A stretch of DNA of 64,000 bases, from NCBI GenBank assembly GCA_950097015.1, contig CATNEN010000004.1, forward strand, positions 248,001 to 312,000, read 5' to 3'. This stretch comes from Macrostomum hystrix. Its lineage: Eukaryota > Animalia > Platyhelminthes. Both the position numbers and the translations under genes were made by a program. The notes beneath the pieces are model-generated. The model did not search any database. It saw only the letters and a program-made list of their open reading frames with translations, and had not been told where the DNA came from. This document shows, in pieces, positions 47,351 to 58,125 of the stretch. Numbering within the stretch: position 1 is the stretch's first letter; every line of letters starts with the position of its first letter.

Positions 47351-49668
47351 TGTAATGCTTGCGTACTGTTTACTTCGCCTCCCTATGTGTCTGATCGCTC
47401 CAGCCAATCAGAGCCTTACACGCGCGCTCAGCTATCAATTCTCACCTGCCGTACCCCCACCCCAAAATATCGATCCATCAAATATATAGTGTCGCCCGCT
47501 GGGCAGCGCTCAGTTGAGCATTACTTTCGACTACTAACTAAAGCCTCTACAGTGGCGTCGCAAGCAGGATGTCTGTGCCCTTACACCTGCCCCCACCTGA
47601 GCCTTTCGATACACAGAAAGAGCCACACAATCTCGCGGCGCGGTGGGCAGAATGGGCCAGCCGGTTCAAGTGCTTTGTGACAGCCAGCGGCATTTCAAAC
47701 ACGTAACAGCAACGCGAAATTCTGCTATGTCGGCGGTAAACAGCTTTACGAAGCCTACACAGAGCTGACCACACCAGGCGAGTCACTCGACGATCTCCTA
47801 AAGGCCTTCAAAGGGCACTTCAGCAGCAGGCACAACCCCGTGTTCGTGCGGTACGAGTTCCGGTTCTGCACTCAACAGCAGGGCGAGTCTATCAACGCTT
47901 GGGTGCAGCGGCTGTACAAGGCAGCAGAGGGCTGCGATTTCCAGACCCAGCGCGACCCCATCATCAGGGACCAGATCGTTGCCGGCTGCCAATCAGACCA
48001 GCTGCGACGCAGGCTGCTGCAGACACCGAACATCGGCCTTCAGGACGCCCTGCAGCAGGCCAGAGCCTTCGAATCGGCGGACCTCCAGTCAGCGGCTATC
48101 GAAGCCCGAAAGTCCGACTCTGTGAATGCTTTTCGGCGAATCGAGAGGCCAGCGAGATCGGAGCAGCCCAGAAACAGCAAATGCATCCGCTGCGGCGAGC
48201 CGGGCCACAGAACTTGCGAGGTCAGCATCCACCTACGCAAAGAAGCCGTGCCTGTCTGCCACCCACCCAGCCGAGTCCCGGTGCACCTGCCGGAGGCAGC
48301 GCAGCGCGAGCTAGACGAACAGCTCGCGGCCGGCATCATCGAGCGAGTGAAGGGACCGTCCGACTGGGTGGCCCGCATGGTGGTGGTCCCGAAGTCGCGC
48401 AGCCAGGCCAAGTGCGCATCACCAAGGACCTGCGGGATGTTAACAAGTTCGTGGTGCCCGACATTCGAGGAGGTCACAGACGAAATGGCGGGCGCGCGCT
48501 ACTTCTCGGAGCTCGACATCAACAAGGCCTTCCATCAGATCCGCGTCCGGGAGGAATCGCGCCACTTGCTGACGTTCTCCACGCCAAAGGGCCTCATGCG
48601 ACTGACGCGCCTGTGCATGGGATTCACGTCAGCGTCGGAGATCCTGCAGAGGGTCATGACCACCGTGCTCGGCGGTCTGTCCGGGGTCCGCTGGGTGCAC
48701 GATGACATCATCTACACCAGAAACATGAAGGACGACAACCAGCAACTGGCGGCAACTCTGCAGCGGCTGGAGTCCTACAACGTCACCCTCAACCCGGCGA
48801 AGTGCAGATTCGCGGTCAGGGAGGCGACTTTTCTCGCCATGCGCCTCTCTGAGAAGGACATCCAGCCAACTGAGGACAAGGTGAGCGCGGTCCAGTCGTT
48901 TAGGGCACCGAAGAACGCGTCCGAGGTGAGATCATTCCTAGGCCTCGTTGCCTTTGTCAGCCGCTTTATCCCAGCACTCGCAGACATTGCCAAGCCTCTC
49001 AGAAACCTGACTAGAAGGGAGGCCGCCTGGACCTGGGGAGCGGCGGAAGACGCTGCCTTCAACGCCGTCAAGAGCTCCATCGCTGCCAGCAACACGTTAG
49101 CGTTCTTCGACAAGCGGAAGCCGACAGAAGTGATCGTGGACGCCAGCCCGACCGGCCTCGGGGCGATCCTCAGCCAGCAACAGCCAGACGGCAGCCTGAG
49201 ACCAATCGCCTACGCCAGCCGCGCCCTGACGGCCGTAGAGGCGCGCTACTCGCAGACCGAGTGGGAGGCTCTCGCGGTTAAATTCGGCTGCCTCCGCTTC
49301 CGCCACTACCTCAGCGGCTCACCCGGCTTCCGAGTCGTCACCGATCACAAGCCGCTGGTGCACCTGTTTTACTTTATTCAAATTTCGTCTTTGTGGCCAC
49401 CCTGCTCGTGTTAATCTCCCATTTTAATTTCATTTAAAGGATCTAAGGATCTTAGGGAAGGGCAGGATCTAAGGCTTGCGTACTGTTTACTTCGCCTCCC
49501 TATGTGTCTGATCGCTCCAGCCAATCAGAGCCTTACACGCGCGCCCAGCTATCAACTCTCACCTGCCGTACCCCCACCCCAAAATATCGATCCATCAAAT
49601 ATATAGTGTCGCCCGCTGGGCAGCGCTCAGTTGAGCATTACTTTCGACTACTAACTAAAGCCTCTACA
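47351..49668 (+). mobile_element. Internally deleted Ty3/Gypsy (Mag-like) LTR retrotransposon, 2318 bp, with both LTRs and TSD
   Basis: 201-bp LTRs at 47351-47551 and 49468-49668 (4 differences); 5-bp TSD CCAAC; PBS TGGCGTCGCAAGCAGGAT at 47553-47570 (tRNA-Ser-like 3' end); PPT ~49454-49467. Gag, truncated Zn knuckle, RT (WVHDDII) and RNase H (IVDAS..AYASR..TDHKPL); no protease or integrase. Confidence 0.93.
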
Positions 49669-50442
49669 CCAACCACACCCAAATGTGTGCCTCATCTAAT
49701 GCTTATACTCATTTGCAAAACATGTGAGCTTAAGGATTGAGGAATTGTCTTCTTAAAATACACAGATAGTTTTCCTGGGCTGAGATTCGAACTAGTAGAT
49801 CTCTGGATCAGAGCTACAGTCTACGAGTAACTACTGGGGTCCGGCAAATAAGCCAGTCACCCCAACTCGACCCGAAATGACACTTGTGAAGGTGCGCGAG
49901 GCTGTTGACATAGCAGGCTCCGCTAACACTTCCATGGACATTAACTGGAGAAAACTGGCAGGCTAATGGAGAATGGGATGTATATGTAGTAGACCCTTCA
50001 GGGAAAAGAGCGTGGCACGTTAGAAATTGTAAGAAGGGATTGAATCCTTGCCATGGAGGATAAAACAAACGATCCCTATGCAAAAGTCCCTATTCTCAGC
50101 ACTGACTATGCAAGAACTAGATGCCCAGTAGATTGTGGGAGTCTAGGCCGCAGCAAACAGTAGCTCAAAACGAAGATATGGGACCTTGGCCAATCGGACC
50201 AAAATTACCTACGATCAATCCCTCAATCGTAATCGGTGCCTATGGGGACTGAGGTGTGATCCACTTTTATCTTGGGATCAGCACCTTGGGATCTTTATAT
50301 AGTTGCTCGCATTTAGCCATCTCAGGGTTACCTTTTAACCCATTTCAGGACCTCTTTTAAACGACACCAAACTTGTGAACATGCGACTCAATGGTAAAAA
50401 AGTTCACAAAATAAGTTAACGTACCTTCTGGTCACCCTAATA

Positions 50443-50742
50443 ATAATAATAATTGATTACACCTGTCCCAATTGGGCCAGATGTGCAGCCGACAGCACAG
50501 CCGCAGCTATTGCGCGGCGCATCTGAAGACTGCGTACAGCTGTTCAGTCCATGGACTGGGGGATGCCACACCCACCTTCAATTATCCCAGCCAATGCTCG
50601 TACCCATTTAACAGCTGCGTGAACTAAAGCAATGCAGAGTTAAGTGCCTTGCTAAAAGACAGAAATTGTTTCAGTGGAATCTGGAATCGAACCCCCGACC
50701 TTTAAGTCGTGAGTCCGACGCCCTAACCACTAGGCTACAACC
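50443..50742 (-). mobile_element. tRNA-derived SINE (300 bp)
   Basis: 16-bp TSD TCTGGTCACCCTAATA at 50427-50442 and 50743-50758. Head with A box (TAGCCTAGTGG) and B box (GGTTCGATTCC); core GCAAGGCACTTAACTC..CAGCTGTTAAATGGGTAC resembling V/Meta-type SINE cores; (ATT)n tail. Confidence 0.85.
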
Positions 50743-51395
50743 TCTGGTCACCCTAATATTCATATATAATTACATATTAACCGAAAATTACTGTGCCGAT
50801 TCAGAGGGACAGATATGCGGACACTCAGAACTATGGACAATCTTGTCTGTCCACGCCCGTCTCGCAGGCCCAGGAACATCCTACCATCACGGGCCGTGGC
50901 TACTTTACTAGGCACTGTTTCCTCCGGGCGCGACCTTGCGAGTGAATTTTGCCTTTTTGCCTGTACGGCAACGAAGATGCTGAACAGTTTGTTTGTCCAT
51001 GTATGCTCTTTTTTTCAACAGAGACTGGCGATCAACGAGATTTGTCAGCCTCACAATCCTACGGTTTGTCCAGTTCCTTGGGGCAACAAAGACGACGAGC
51101 CACCGTTCGTCCCCACAGAAGACATCGGTGGACAAGCGGCCCCGTGCCATCGCCAATACACCTTTTTCCGTTCAATTTCAACAAAACTCGCATACAATTT
51201 CGGCAAGCCAAAAATCAAATTCGTCAGTTTATATTTAGCTTGACAAATCAACATTCAAATTCAGCAAACGCACATTCAGATTTAACTTGACTTAGCGGCA
51301 GGGAGCCTCCATGACGGACGCAGCGAGGAGGCGGCTGATGCCGCCCATATCGCTAACCCCTGGCAGCCAGACAGCCTCCAGCGAGGCGGTGCCGC

Positions 51396-54300
51396 TCAGG
51401 GTGGTCCGTCGGTCGATTCCGCCGCGCGATCTTCCTCGCCATAGGCTGGGAAGAAATCAGCTCGGCCGGTATCCCGGAGGAAGTGGGCGAGCTGTGGGAT
51501 GTTCTCGGGCGAGCAGGCTTCGGCGAGAGTCGGTGCCGGCCCGAGATGTTTTAGCCTGGCCCGGGTGAAGGCCGGGCAGTGGCAGATGAAATGCTCTGCA
51601 TTTTCGCGTCCGGAGCAGCAGAAGGGACACGTTTCCTCAGGCACGTGGCCTTGAAGGTAGCGGTGTCTGGTGAAGCAGCCATGTCCCGAAAGAGCCATAG
51701 TGACTGCTCTTAGGTCTCTGCGGTTAAGCCTGAGTAAGGCCTTACGCAGGTTACTAGAGGGGGTTGGCACCGCAGCCCTGGACTGGCGACAGTTCAGGGT
51801 GCTGGACCACCTCCTCCGGTGCTGGGTCTCCATCCAGCAGTTGATGCTGGAGTTGACAACTGAGATGGGGATCGGGGACTCCGGGCCCGGGCCCATCAGG
51901 GAGCTGGCTGCTCCAGCCTTAGCAAGCTGGTCCGCCATCTCATTCCCTGTGAACCCGGCATGCCCAGGGATCCACAGCAGCTCCACCTTGTTAGACTGCG
52001 CCAACCCGTTTAACTGGGTGTTGCAGTCCAAGGTGGTTCTGGAGCGAGAGGTGCAGCGGCTGAGGGCCTTGAGGGCTGCTTGACTGTCGGAGTGAAAAAA
52101 GATCCTCCGACCAGCCAGCTGCCTCTGGCGCATCTCAGCCGCACAGAAGCTGATGGCGAGCACTTCGTTTTGGAAAACGCTAGAGCTCTTGCCACAGTAT
52201 TGGGAGTGGGTCCAGAGGACCTCACCACCCGAGGCGACGCACACTCCGAATCCCGATTTACCGTTCATCAGAGAGCCGTCAGTGTAACAGTGGACTGCCG
52301 GGTCATCCCAGCAGTCCTTAACCTCATTACGAGGGGAGATGCTGACTTTGTACCTGTGGCTCCGGAGTAAAGTGGCCGGGGCCCCGTCCGAAAGGATGGT
52401 GAGCCCTCCGCACTCGCCCAGAGTTTTCAGGCAGAGGTCAGAGTGAGGCAGAAGGGAGCGCTTCGAGAAGGCTCGCGAATTCTGGAAGGAGACACCCGCA
52501 TCAAGAAGACGACGGGTGGACTTTGCTGCTTCCCCCTTGACGAAAATGTCAATGGGTGTAGCGTTGAGGAAAGCATTCATGCCTTCGAAGGGAGTGGAGG
52601 GTGGGGCGCCCAGCGTCATACGACAGGCTCTGCCCTGCACACTATAAAGCGCCTCCAGGTTTTTCTGGATGCCCATGGCGCTGGCCCAGATGAGGCCAGC
52701 GTAAGCGACGGACGGTCTAATGATCGCCGTGTAAATCCACCAAAGGTTCTTGGGGGTTAGCCCCCAGGTGGTGCCCACGGCACGCCTGACTTGCGCCAGT
52801 ATGGCCAGGGCCCTCTTGGCCTTTGTGGTGATGTGTGGGGTCCAGTTAAGCCTATGGTCTAGCACGAGACCAAGGCACCGGACCTGCTTTTCCATGGCAA
52901 TATTCTTGCCATAGAGAGTCAGAGGCTTAATGGTCCAGAGCAGTTTGCTGGATAAACATAACCGCAACGGTCTTGGACTCAGAGAGTCGGAGCCCGCATT
53001 GGTCCTGCCCAGCGCACCGCCCTGTTGATAAAGCCCTGGATGAGGTCTCTGGTGGTTTCCGCCGAGGGGCCCGCGCAGATGGCGGTCACATCGTCGGCAT
53101 ATCCCACCTTCAGGACTGGGTCTGGACGAGTGCTTTTCAGCAGCTCATCCATGACGAGATTCCACAGCAGTGGGGTGAGGACGCCGCCTTGGGGCCCTCC
53201 TTTTAGGACAGGTGCCGAGAGCAGCCTTCCTTCGAGGTGGGCCACCACGTGGCGATGCCGGATCATGTACATGACCCAGCGAACGAGGTGGGGGTGAGTG
53301 GCCCTGGAGACCAGGGCCTCCTCAAAAGCTTCGAAAACAACGTTATCGAAGGCCCCCTCAATGTCTAGGAAGACAGCCAGGGCAAAACCGCTGCCCAGCA
53401 CTGCCTTCTCGAGAGTCTCCACGATGCAGTGGAGGGCGCTCTCCGTGGACCGGCCCGCCCGAAAGGCGTGCTGGTTTGGGGAGAGCGGGGCCCGCCCTAG
53501 CTCTACAGTAAGAAGGCGCCAAAGCACCAGTCTTTCCATGAGCTTGAGGCAGGTGGAAGTCAAACTTATCGGGCGATAGGATTTGACCGAGCGATAGTCG
53601 CCTTTGGCGGGCTTCGGGATGAAGACGACCCGGGCTTCGTGCCACAGCGCTGGTACATAGCCCAGCACGATGCAGGCCCGTAGAAGTCTGCAGAGGAGAT
53701 GGAGGAAGCGGCCATTTTTGACCGCTTCATGCAAAAAGGCCGGATAAATACCATCTGGCCCAGGTGCTTTGAAAGGGTTGAATGACTTTGCCGCGCGAAC
53801 GATGCGGTCATTCGTGACGAGTGACTGAGCCAGGCCCTGACCTCCACGTGAGTGGTCGTCTGGGCCAAAGTGCGCCGGTACACTCGGGAAGAAATGCCCT
53901 AGCATAAGCTCGAGCGTTTCCTCCGGGCGCTCCGTGATCGAGCCGTCTGGCTTTTTGATCGATGAGAGCTTGGAGAAGCGGTCGTTGGTGAGCGCCTTTA
54001 CCACGCGGGCCGTGGGCCGCGAGCCCTCAAGCCCTTCGCAGTATTGTCGCCACTTGTCCGCTTTTGCCCTTTTGACCCGGCCCTTAAACTCATGGATGGC
54101 GCGAGTATAGGCCTCTTTGTCATCAGGGTCGTGCGAGATTTTCAACCTCCTCTGGAGAGCCTTAGCTCGGCGTCTCAGGACTCCGAGCTCGGGGTTCCAC
54201 CAGGGGGCCGATTTTTTGCCTTTGTAGGCTTTGAGCGGGCAAGCCATTTCGTAGGCCTCTGTGATGGCGCCGCCCAGCAGGGCAGCCACTCCATCTAGGT

Positions 54301-55083
54301 CCTGCGTGGTTGCCATGGCCATGGAGGGGTCGGAATCCCGAAGGCCCTCATGCAGCTTTTGGCTGAACACGGGCCAGTCGGTGTTTCTGACATTACGCCT
54401 CCAGATAGGCTTTTGCTTCTTATCGGGGGTACCGATGTTGAAGCGAATGAAGCGGTGGTCCGAGAGCGAGCTTTCGGTCTCCCACACCTCCCACCCCAGC
54501 ACCTTTGGGAGGATGCCGGGTGAGGCCAGGGTGACGTCAAGCACCTCAGCCCACCGCCCATTGTCGAACGTGGGCGTGTTGCCCACATTGCAGAAGTTAA
54601 GAGGCGTGCCGCTAACGAAGGCCAGGAGCTCTTCGCCGCGGTCATTGATTTTTGAGCTACCCCAGTGGGTGTGATGCGAGTTTGCATCTCCCGCGAGGAG
54701 CAGCTCAAAATTTCGTGCCCTGGCGAAATCACAGAGGGCGACGAGGGTATCGCTGACCACGGGGGCGTCGCCTGCCAGGTAGGCGGATGCCACGAGGGTC
54801 AACTTGTTGGGCACAATGTGTGCAGATTGGATGACGCAGATGTCCCCGTTAGAGAGATCGGGTCTCATCCACGCATTTAAGGCTTTTGCAGCATAGATCA
54901 GTGATCTAGGGCGGACAGAGTCTGCCATGCAGAAGCAGTCATAGCCAGCAGGAATGTTACTTGGCTTGTTTTTTGATAACCAGGGCTCCTGCACAAGTAC
55001 AAGGCCCGGCATCGTGCGCTCTGTCGTGCGCATCAGATTGACTGATGCTGCCACGCAGTGCTGGGTGTTAACTTGCAAGACAT
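51396..55083 (-). pseudogene. LINE B ORF2 (APE-RT-RNase H-Zn finger), split by two apparent +1 insertions near 52950-53000
   Basis: ORF 52979-55078 (QEPW, GDANSHH, SDHRF, QGGVLTP, YADD) and ORF 51396-52967 (YTDGS, WIPGH, CPFC..HFICHC). The bridging frame reads [16 protein letters not shown]. Confidence 0.9.
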
Positions 55084-55115
55084 GATATTCCGGGGATCAT
55101 CATGCAGGCAGAGGT

Positions 55116-56665
55116 CTACTTGGAGGGGGACTCAGCCAGAAGGCGGTCCTCCTCCTCCGGGTCGATGTCGGTAGCCATGGGCTCCTCCGTGCCCCGGCCC
55201 CGAGCCAGAGGCGGGAACTCGACGGGGTCAGCCGCCCAGTCCCCACCCCCGGCCCTGAGCCCAGGCCCAGAGTCACCCTCAACCGGTGCCGACACCGCAC
55301 CCTGGGCCGTGGGAGGGGCGCTCGAAGGGCCCTGCATCGATGGAGCTGGGCACCTTAGAGGCCTCCCCCGTAGCCCTTGGTTGCGGCGCCTGCCCCGGTG
55401 GGCCAGCCGCGCATCTCAGCGCGCAGCTGGGCCATCCTGGCGGTTCGCACCACCTCGGAGGCCCGCTGGAGAAGGCCCCGGCGCTTTGTGATGCGCGCGG
55501 GGCGACGCTCAGAGCTGCCAGCGATGGCACGCTCTGGCCTTTTTTGGCGAGACGACTGGGCCCTGCCCCCAGTCCCAGCCTCGGGGTCCGAGGACCCTTC
55601 AGTGGCCGGTACGGTGGTGGGCCCGGTCTGACCTCGAGATTTATCTGCCTCGAAGGCGAAGATTTTGGTCTTCCACAGACCGATGCAGATGTTGGCGCCA
55701 TCTGGGTAACGGCGTGTCCATTGCTCGGACAGGCCCAGAATGGCGGTAAATCCGGTGCCATCGGGGCGCAGGATCGTGCGGTGCACGATCAGGCCCGCTG
55801 TCGGCAGCTCCCGGTTCATCGCGATGAGGCCCATGCGGAGGTCCTCAGCGCTGGTGACGACACTTTTCGCCGGGACGAAAATGCGGTGTCGCTTGGTCTT
55901 TGGTGGCTCGTTCTCCCGGAGGAAGTCGAGGCCAGCCGCCCAGCTCTGCGTGGGCAGCAACTCAAGGAGCCGCCGCCCTGATTCCGCGTCGCCGGGCCAG
56001 ACGACGAAGCACGATTCCCTGGTAGCGCTTGCGCCGACCGCCAGGGGCTCGCCCTTCAGTTGGAGTTGCCACAGCATAGCATCTATGTTGCGGCAAATGT
56101 TGCTGAGCTGTTCGCTGCTCAGCCTTTTTCCGTCTCTGCCGGTGATGACAACGGCAGGTTGCCTACGTGCGATGGCGGCGTAGGTGGCATGTGTTCCCGG
56201 GCCCTGTCCGGTGGCGACCCCACCCTCGGGATCAGCGTCGGCGGTGGGCACAGGGCCCTCTGCCTCCGCTTCTCCTTCAGGCCGAGCCGCCGTCCGGATG
56301 GGCGCCGGGACCTCCTTGGCCCGCGACCCTGGCCTCGGGGCGTCGAGGGCTCCGCCCCGTGCAGGAGCCTGGGCAGGAGGCGCAAGGCCCCCCGCCCCAG
56401 CCCCCGCCCTAGGCAGAGCCCCTTCGGCCCCTCTGGTCTGGGCCCGGTCCTCGGTCGATGGAGCCGGCTTGCCGTGGGCCATTAAGCGCCTACGACGCTT
56501 CGCCGCTCCAGAGGTTGAGGAGCGCTTAGCGCCCCGGTCGTCGCGCGAGTTGGGCAGCGCGGCATTTGTGGCGGTCGCGGGGCCAGCTAGCCCGGGCGCC
56601 GCAGCGTGTATGGCCTCGGGCACCATGGTGTCCTCGGCCGGAGCAGTTGGTAGGCTGGAAGCCAT
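55116..56665 (-). pseudogene. LINE B ORF1, frameshifted near 55.4 kb
   Basis: [22 protein letters not shown] aligns with ORF1 of copy A. The C-terminal EEPM..EEEDRLLAESP lies in another frame (55116-55337). Confidence 0.75.
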
Positions 56666-56898
56666 TTGAAAGCTGCAATGAGGAGAGGGGCTTCCTGTAG
56701 ACACAGGCAGGAATAACCCGCTCAGCCGCGATCCCAAAGCTGAGCGGGGGCAGCCAAAAAAGACAAGTTACAACCCGGGGTGGGATGCCAGGACCACCGG
56801 GAGGAACCGTAGGAGGCCAGACTACTCCCTGGTCAAGCGTCCATCAGCACGGTCAACACTGGGACATTAGAGGGCGCTATTTGGCCAGCGCCGAGGCC

Positions 56899-57240
56899 TG
56901 CGGACTGGCCGCATACCCTGTTAAGGTCAAAGGGTGACACCTTTCCCTCAGAGCCGAAGCCAGAGGTACCTGATCACGCACAGGTGCACGAACGCTGCGG
57001 ACTGGCCGCATACCCTGTTAAGGTCAAAGGGTGACGCCTTTCCCTCAGAGCCGTAGCCAGAGGTACCTGATCACGCACAGGTGCACGAACGCTGCGGACT
57101 GGCCGCATACCCTGTTAAGGTCAAAGGGTGACACCTTTTCCTCAGAGCCGTAGCCAGAGGTACCTGAACACGCACAGGTGCACGAACGCTGCGGACTGGC
57201 CGCATACCCTGTTAAGGTCAAAGGGTGACACCTTTCCCTC
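56899..57240 (-). repeat. LINE B 5' UTR monomer array: ~3.5 copies of the 97-bp unit
   Basis: CGGACTGG anchors at 56901, 56998, 57095 and 57192. Confidence 0.9.
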
Positions 57241-57302
57241 CAACCGGGGCTAGAGGTACCCAGTTAGGCCGGAGGCCCTGGATGGGTCGTCCAGCGCTGT
57301 TG

Positions 57303-57529
57303 CCCATTCTGTCCGGCTGCCCTAGGGTCAGCCTTGAACACTCGCGGGACGTGTACCCATGGGTCAGCTGACGGGACAACGTGGAGAGGATTCCTTCACC
57401 CGGAGGCACAGGTCTCCTTTCTGCCAAACCTGCTCAAAAAACGACTGCAGGTGTGAGGCATCGCAGACCTTAGCCCGTAGGCCTGGTCTGACTCATACCA
57501 CACAGGCATTGTGTCCCGCCGGTGCGAGC
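57303..57529 (-). ncRNA. Predicted HDV-like ribozyme at the LINE B 5' terminus
   Basis: Core identical to copy A: P1' 57345-57340, P3' 57348-57346, L3 57355-57349, P3 57358-57356, P2 57363-57359, candidate catalytic C at 57311, P2' 57307-57303. Confidence 0.7.
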
Positions 57530-57799
57530 TTCAGATTTAACAAGCAACATTACAATTTCGGCAACTGGCATTCAATTTCATACCGTCGCACAAGCTATTG
57601 TACTGTCTATGGTGAAAAGGGGGTTGAAGCGTGTAGAAATCTCATTCGATTTCGGCATTTTGCATTCAATTTCAACATGTATATTTTAGGTAGAACACAT
57701 AGCACATCAAACAGAACGGAGCGGAAAGAACACACAACGAAAACGAACACATCTTTTGTTTGACCAAATGTAATTGAAATGTACGCGACAGTCAAACCG

Positions 57800-58125
57800 C
57801 ATGTTCTCCGACAGATGCTTGCTTCTTGTCAGTTAATCGCCATTGATCTCCATCCTGGCCAGACACATGGGTACAAAGCTGAAGCAGTGGTTGTACCGTT
57901 CGCGACGACCTGATCGTATGATGGAATATGCAGTCGATCTGTTGATATTCATGAGTCTTGCAAGACTGACATATAGTCTTGCCCGCTCTCATGGGCATCA
58001 AGAAGGCGGGCTCTATCCCCGTTGGACACTCTTCCGTATGGCCCTCGGGCTTCCTCTTCTTCTTCCTCTTCTTCATCGCCCTCTTCTTCGAAGATTTCCT
58101 CGTCGAAGATTTCCTCGTCGATCAT
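57800..58125 (-). pseudogene. Internally deleted transposase remnant (acidic N-terminus, HTH, fused C-terminal tail)
   Basis: ATG at 58125: MIDEEIFDEEIFEEEGDEEEEEEEEARGPYGRVSNGDRARLLDAHESGQDYMSV; after a 1-nt shift ARLMNINRSTAYSIIRSGRR (HTH), then directly ERYNHCFSFVPMCLARMEI, resembling the TRT-type C-terminal motif RH..FFPRCLARENI. Confidence 0.6.

Larger units (their letters stand above)
51287..57529 (-). mobile_element. Full-length LOA/R1-type LINE (copy B), 6243 bp, with frameshifted ORFs
   Basis: 12-bp TSD TTCAGATTTAAC at 51275-51286 and 57530-57541; same 5' end (GCTCGCACC) and 3' tail (CTAAGTCAA) as copy A. Confidence 0.95.

Noticed and set aside
49860-50040. DINWRKLAG as a death-domain-like motif
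   Set aside because: It is followed immediately by a stop and has no supporting helices.
57792-58076. 94-aa ORF with KKRKKKRK and Cys/His residues as a small nuclear protein
   Set aside because: It is an alternative frame of the transposase remnant; the acidic/HTH frame explains the sequence better.
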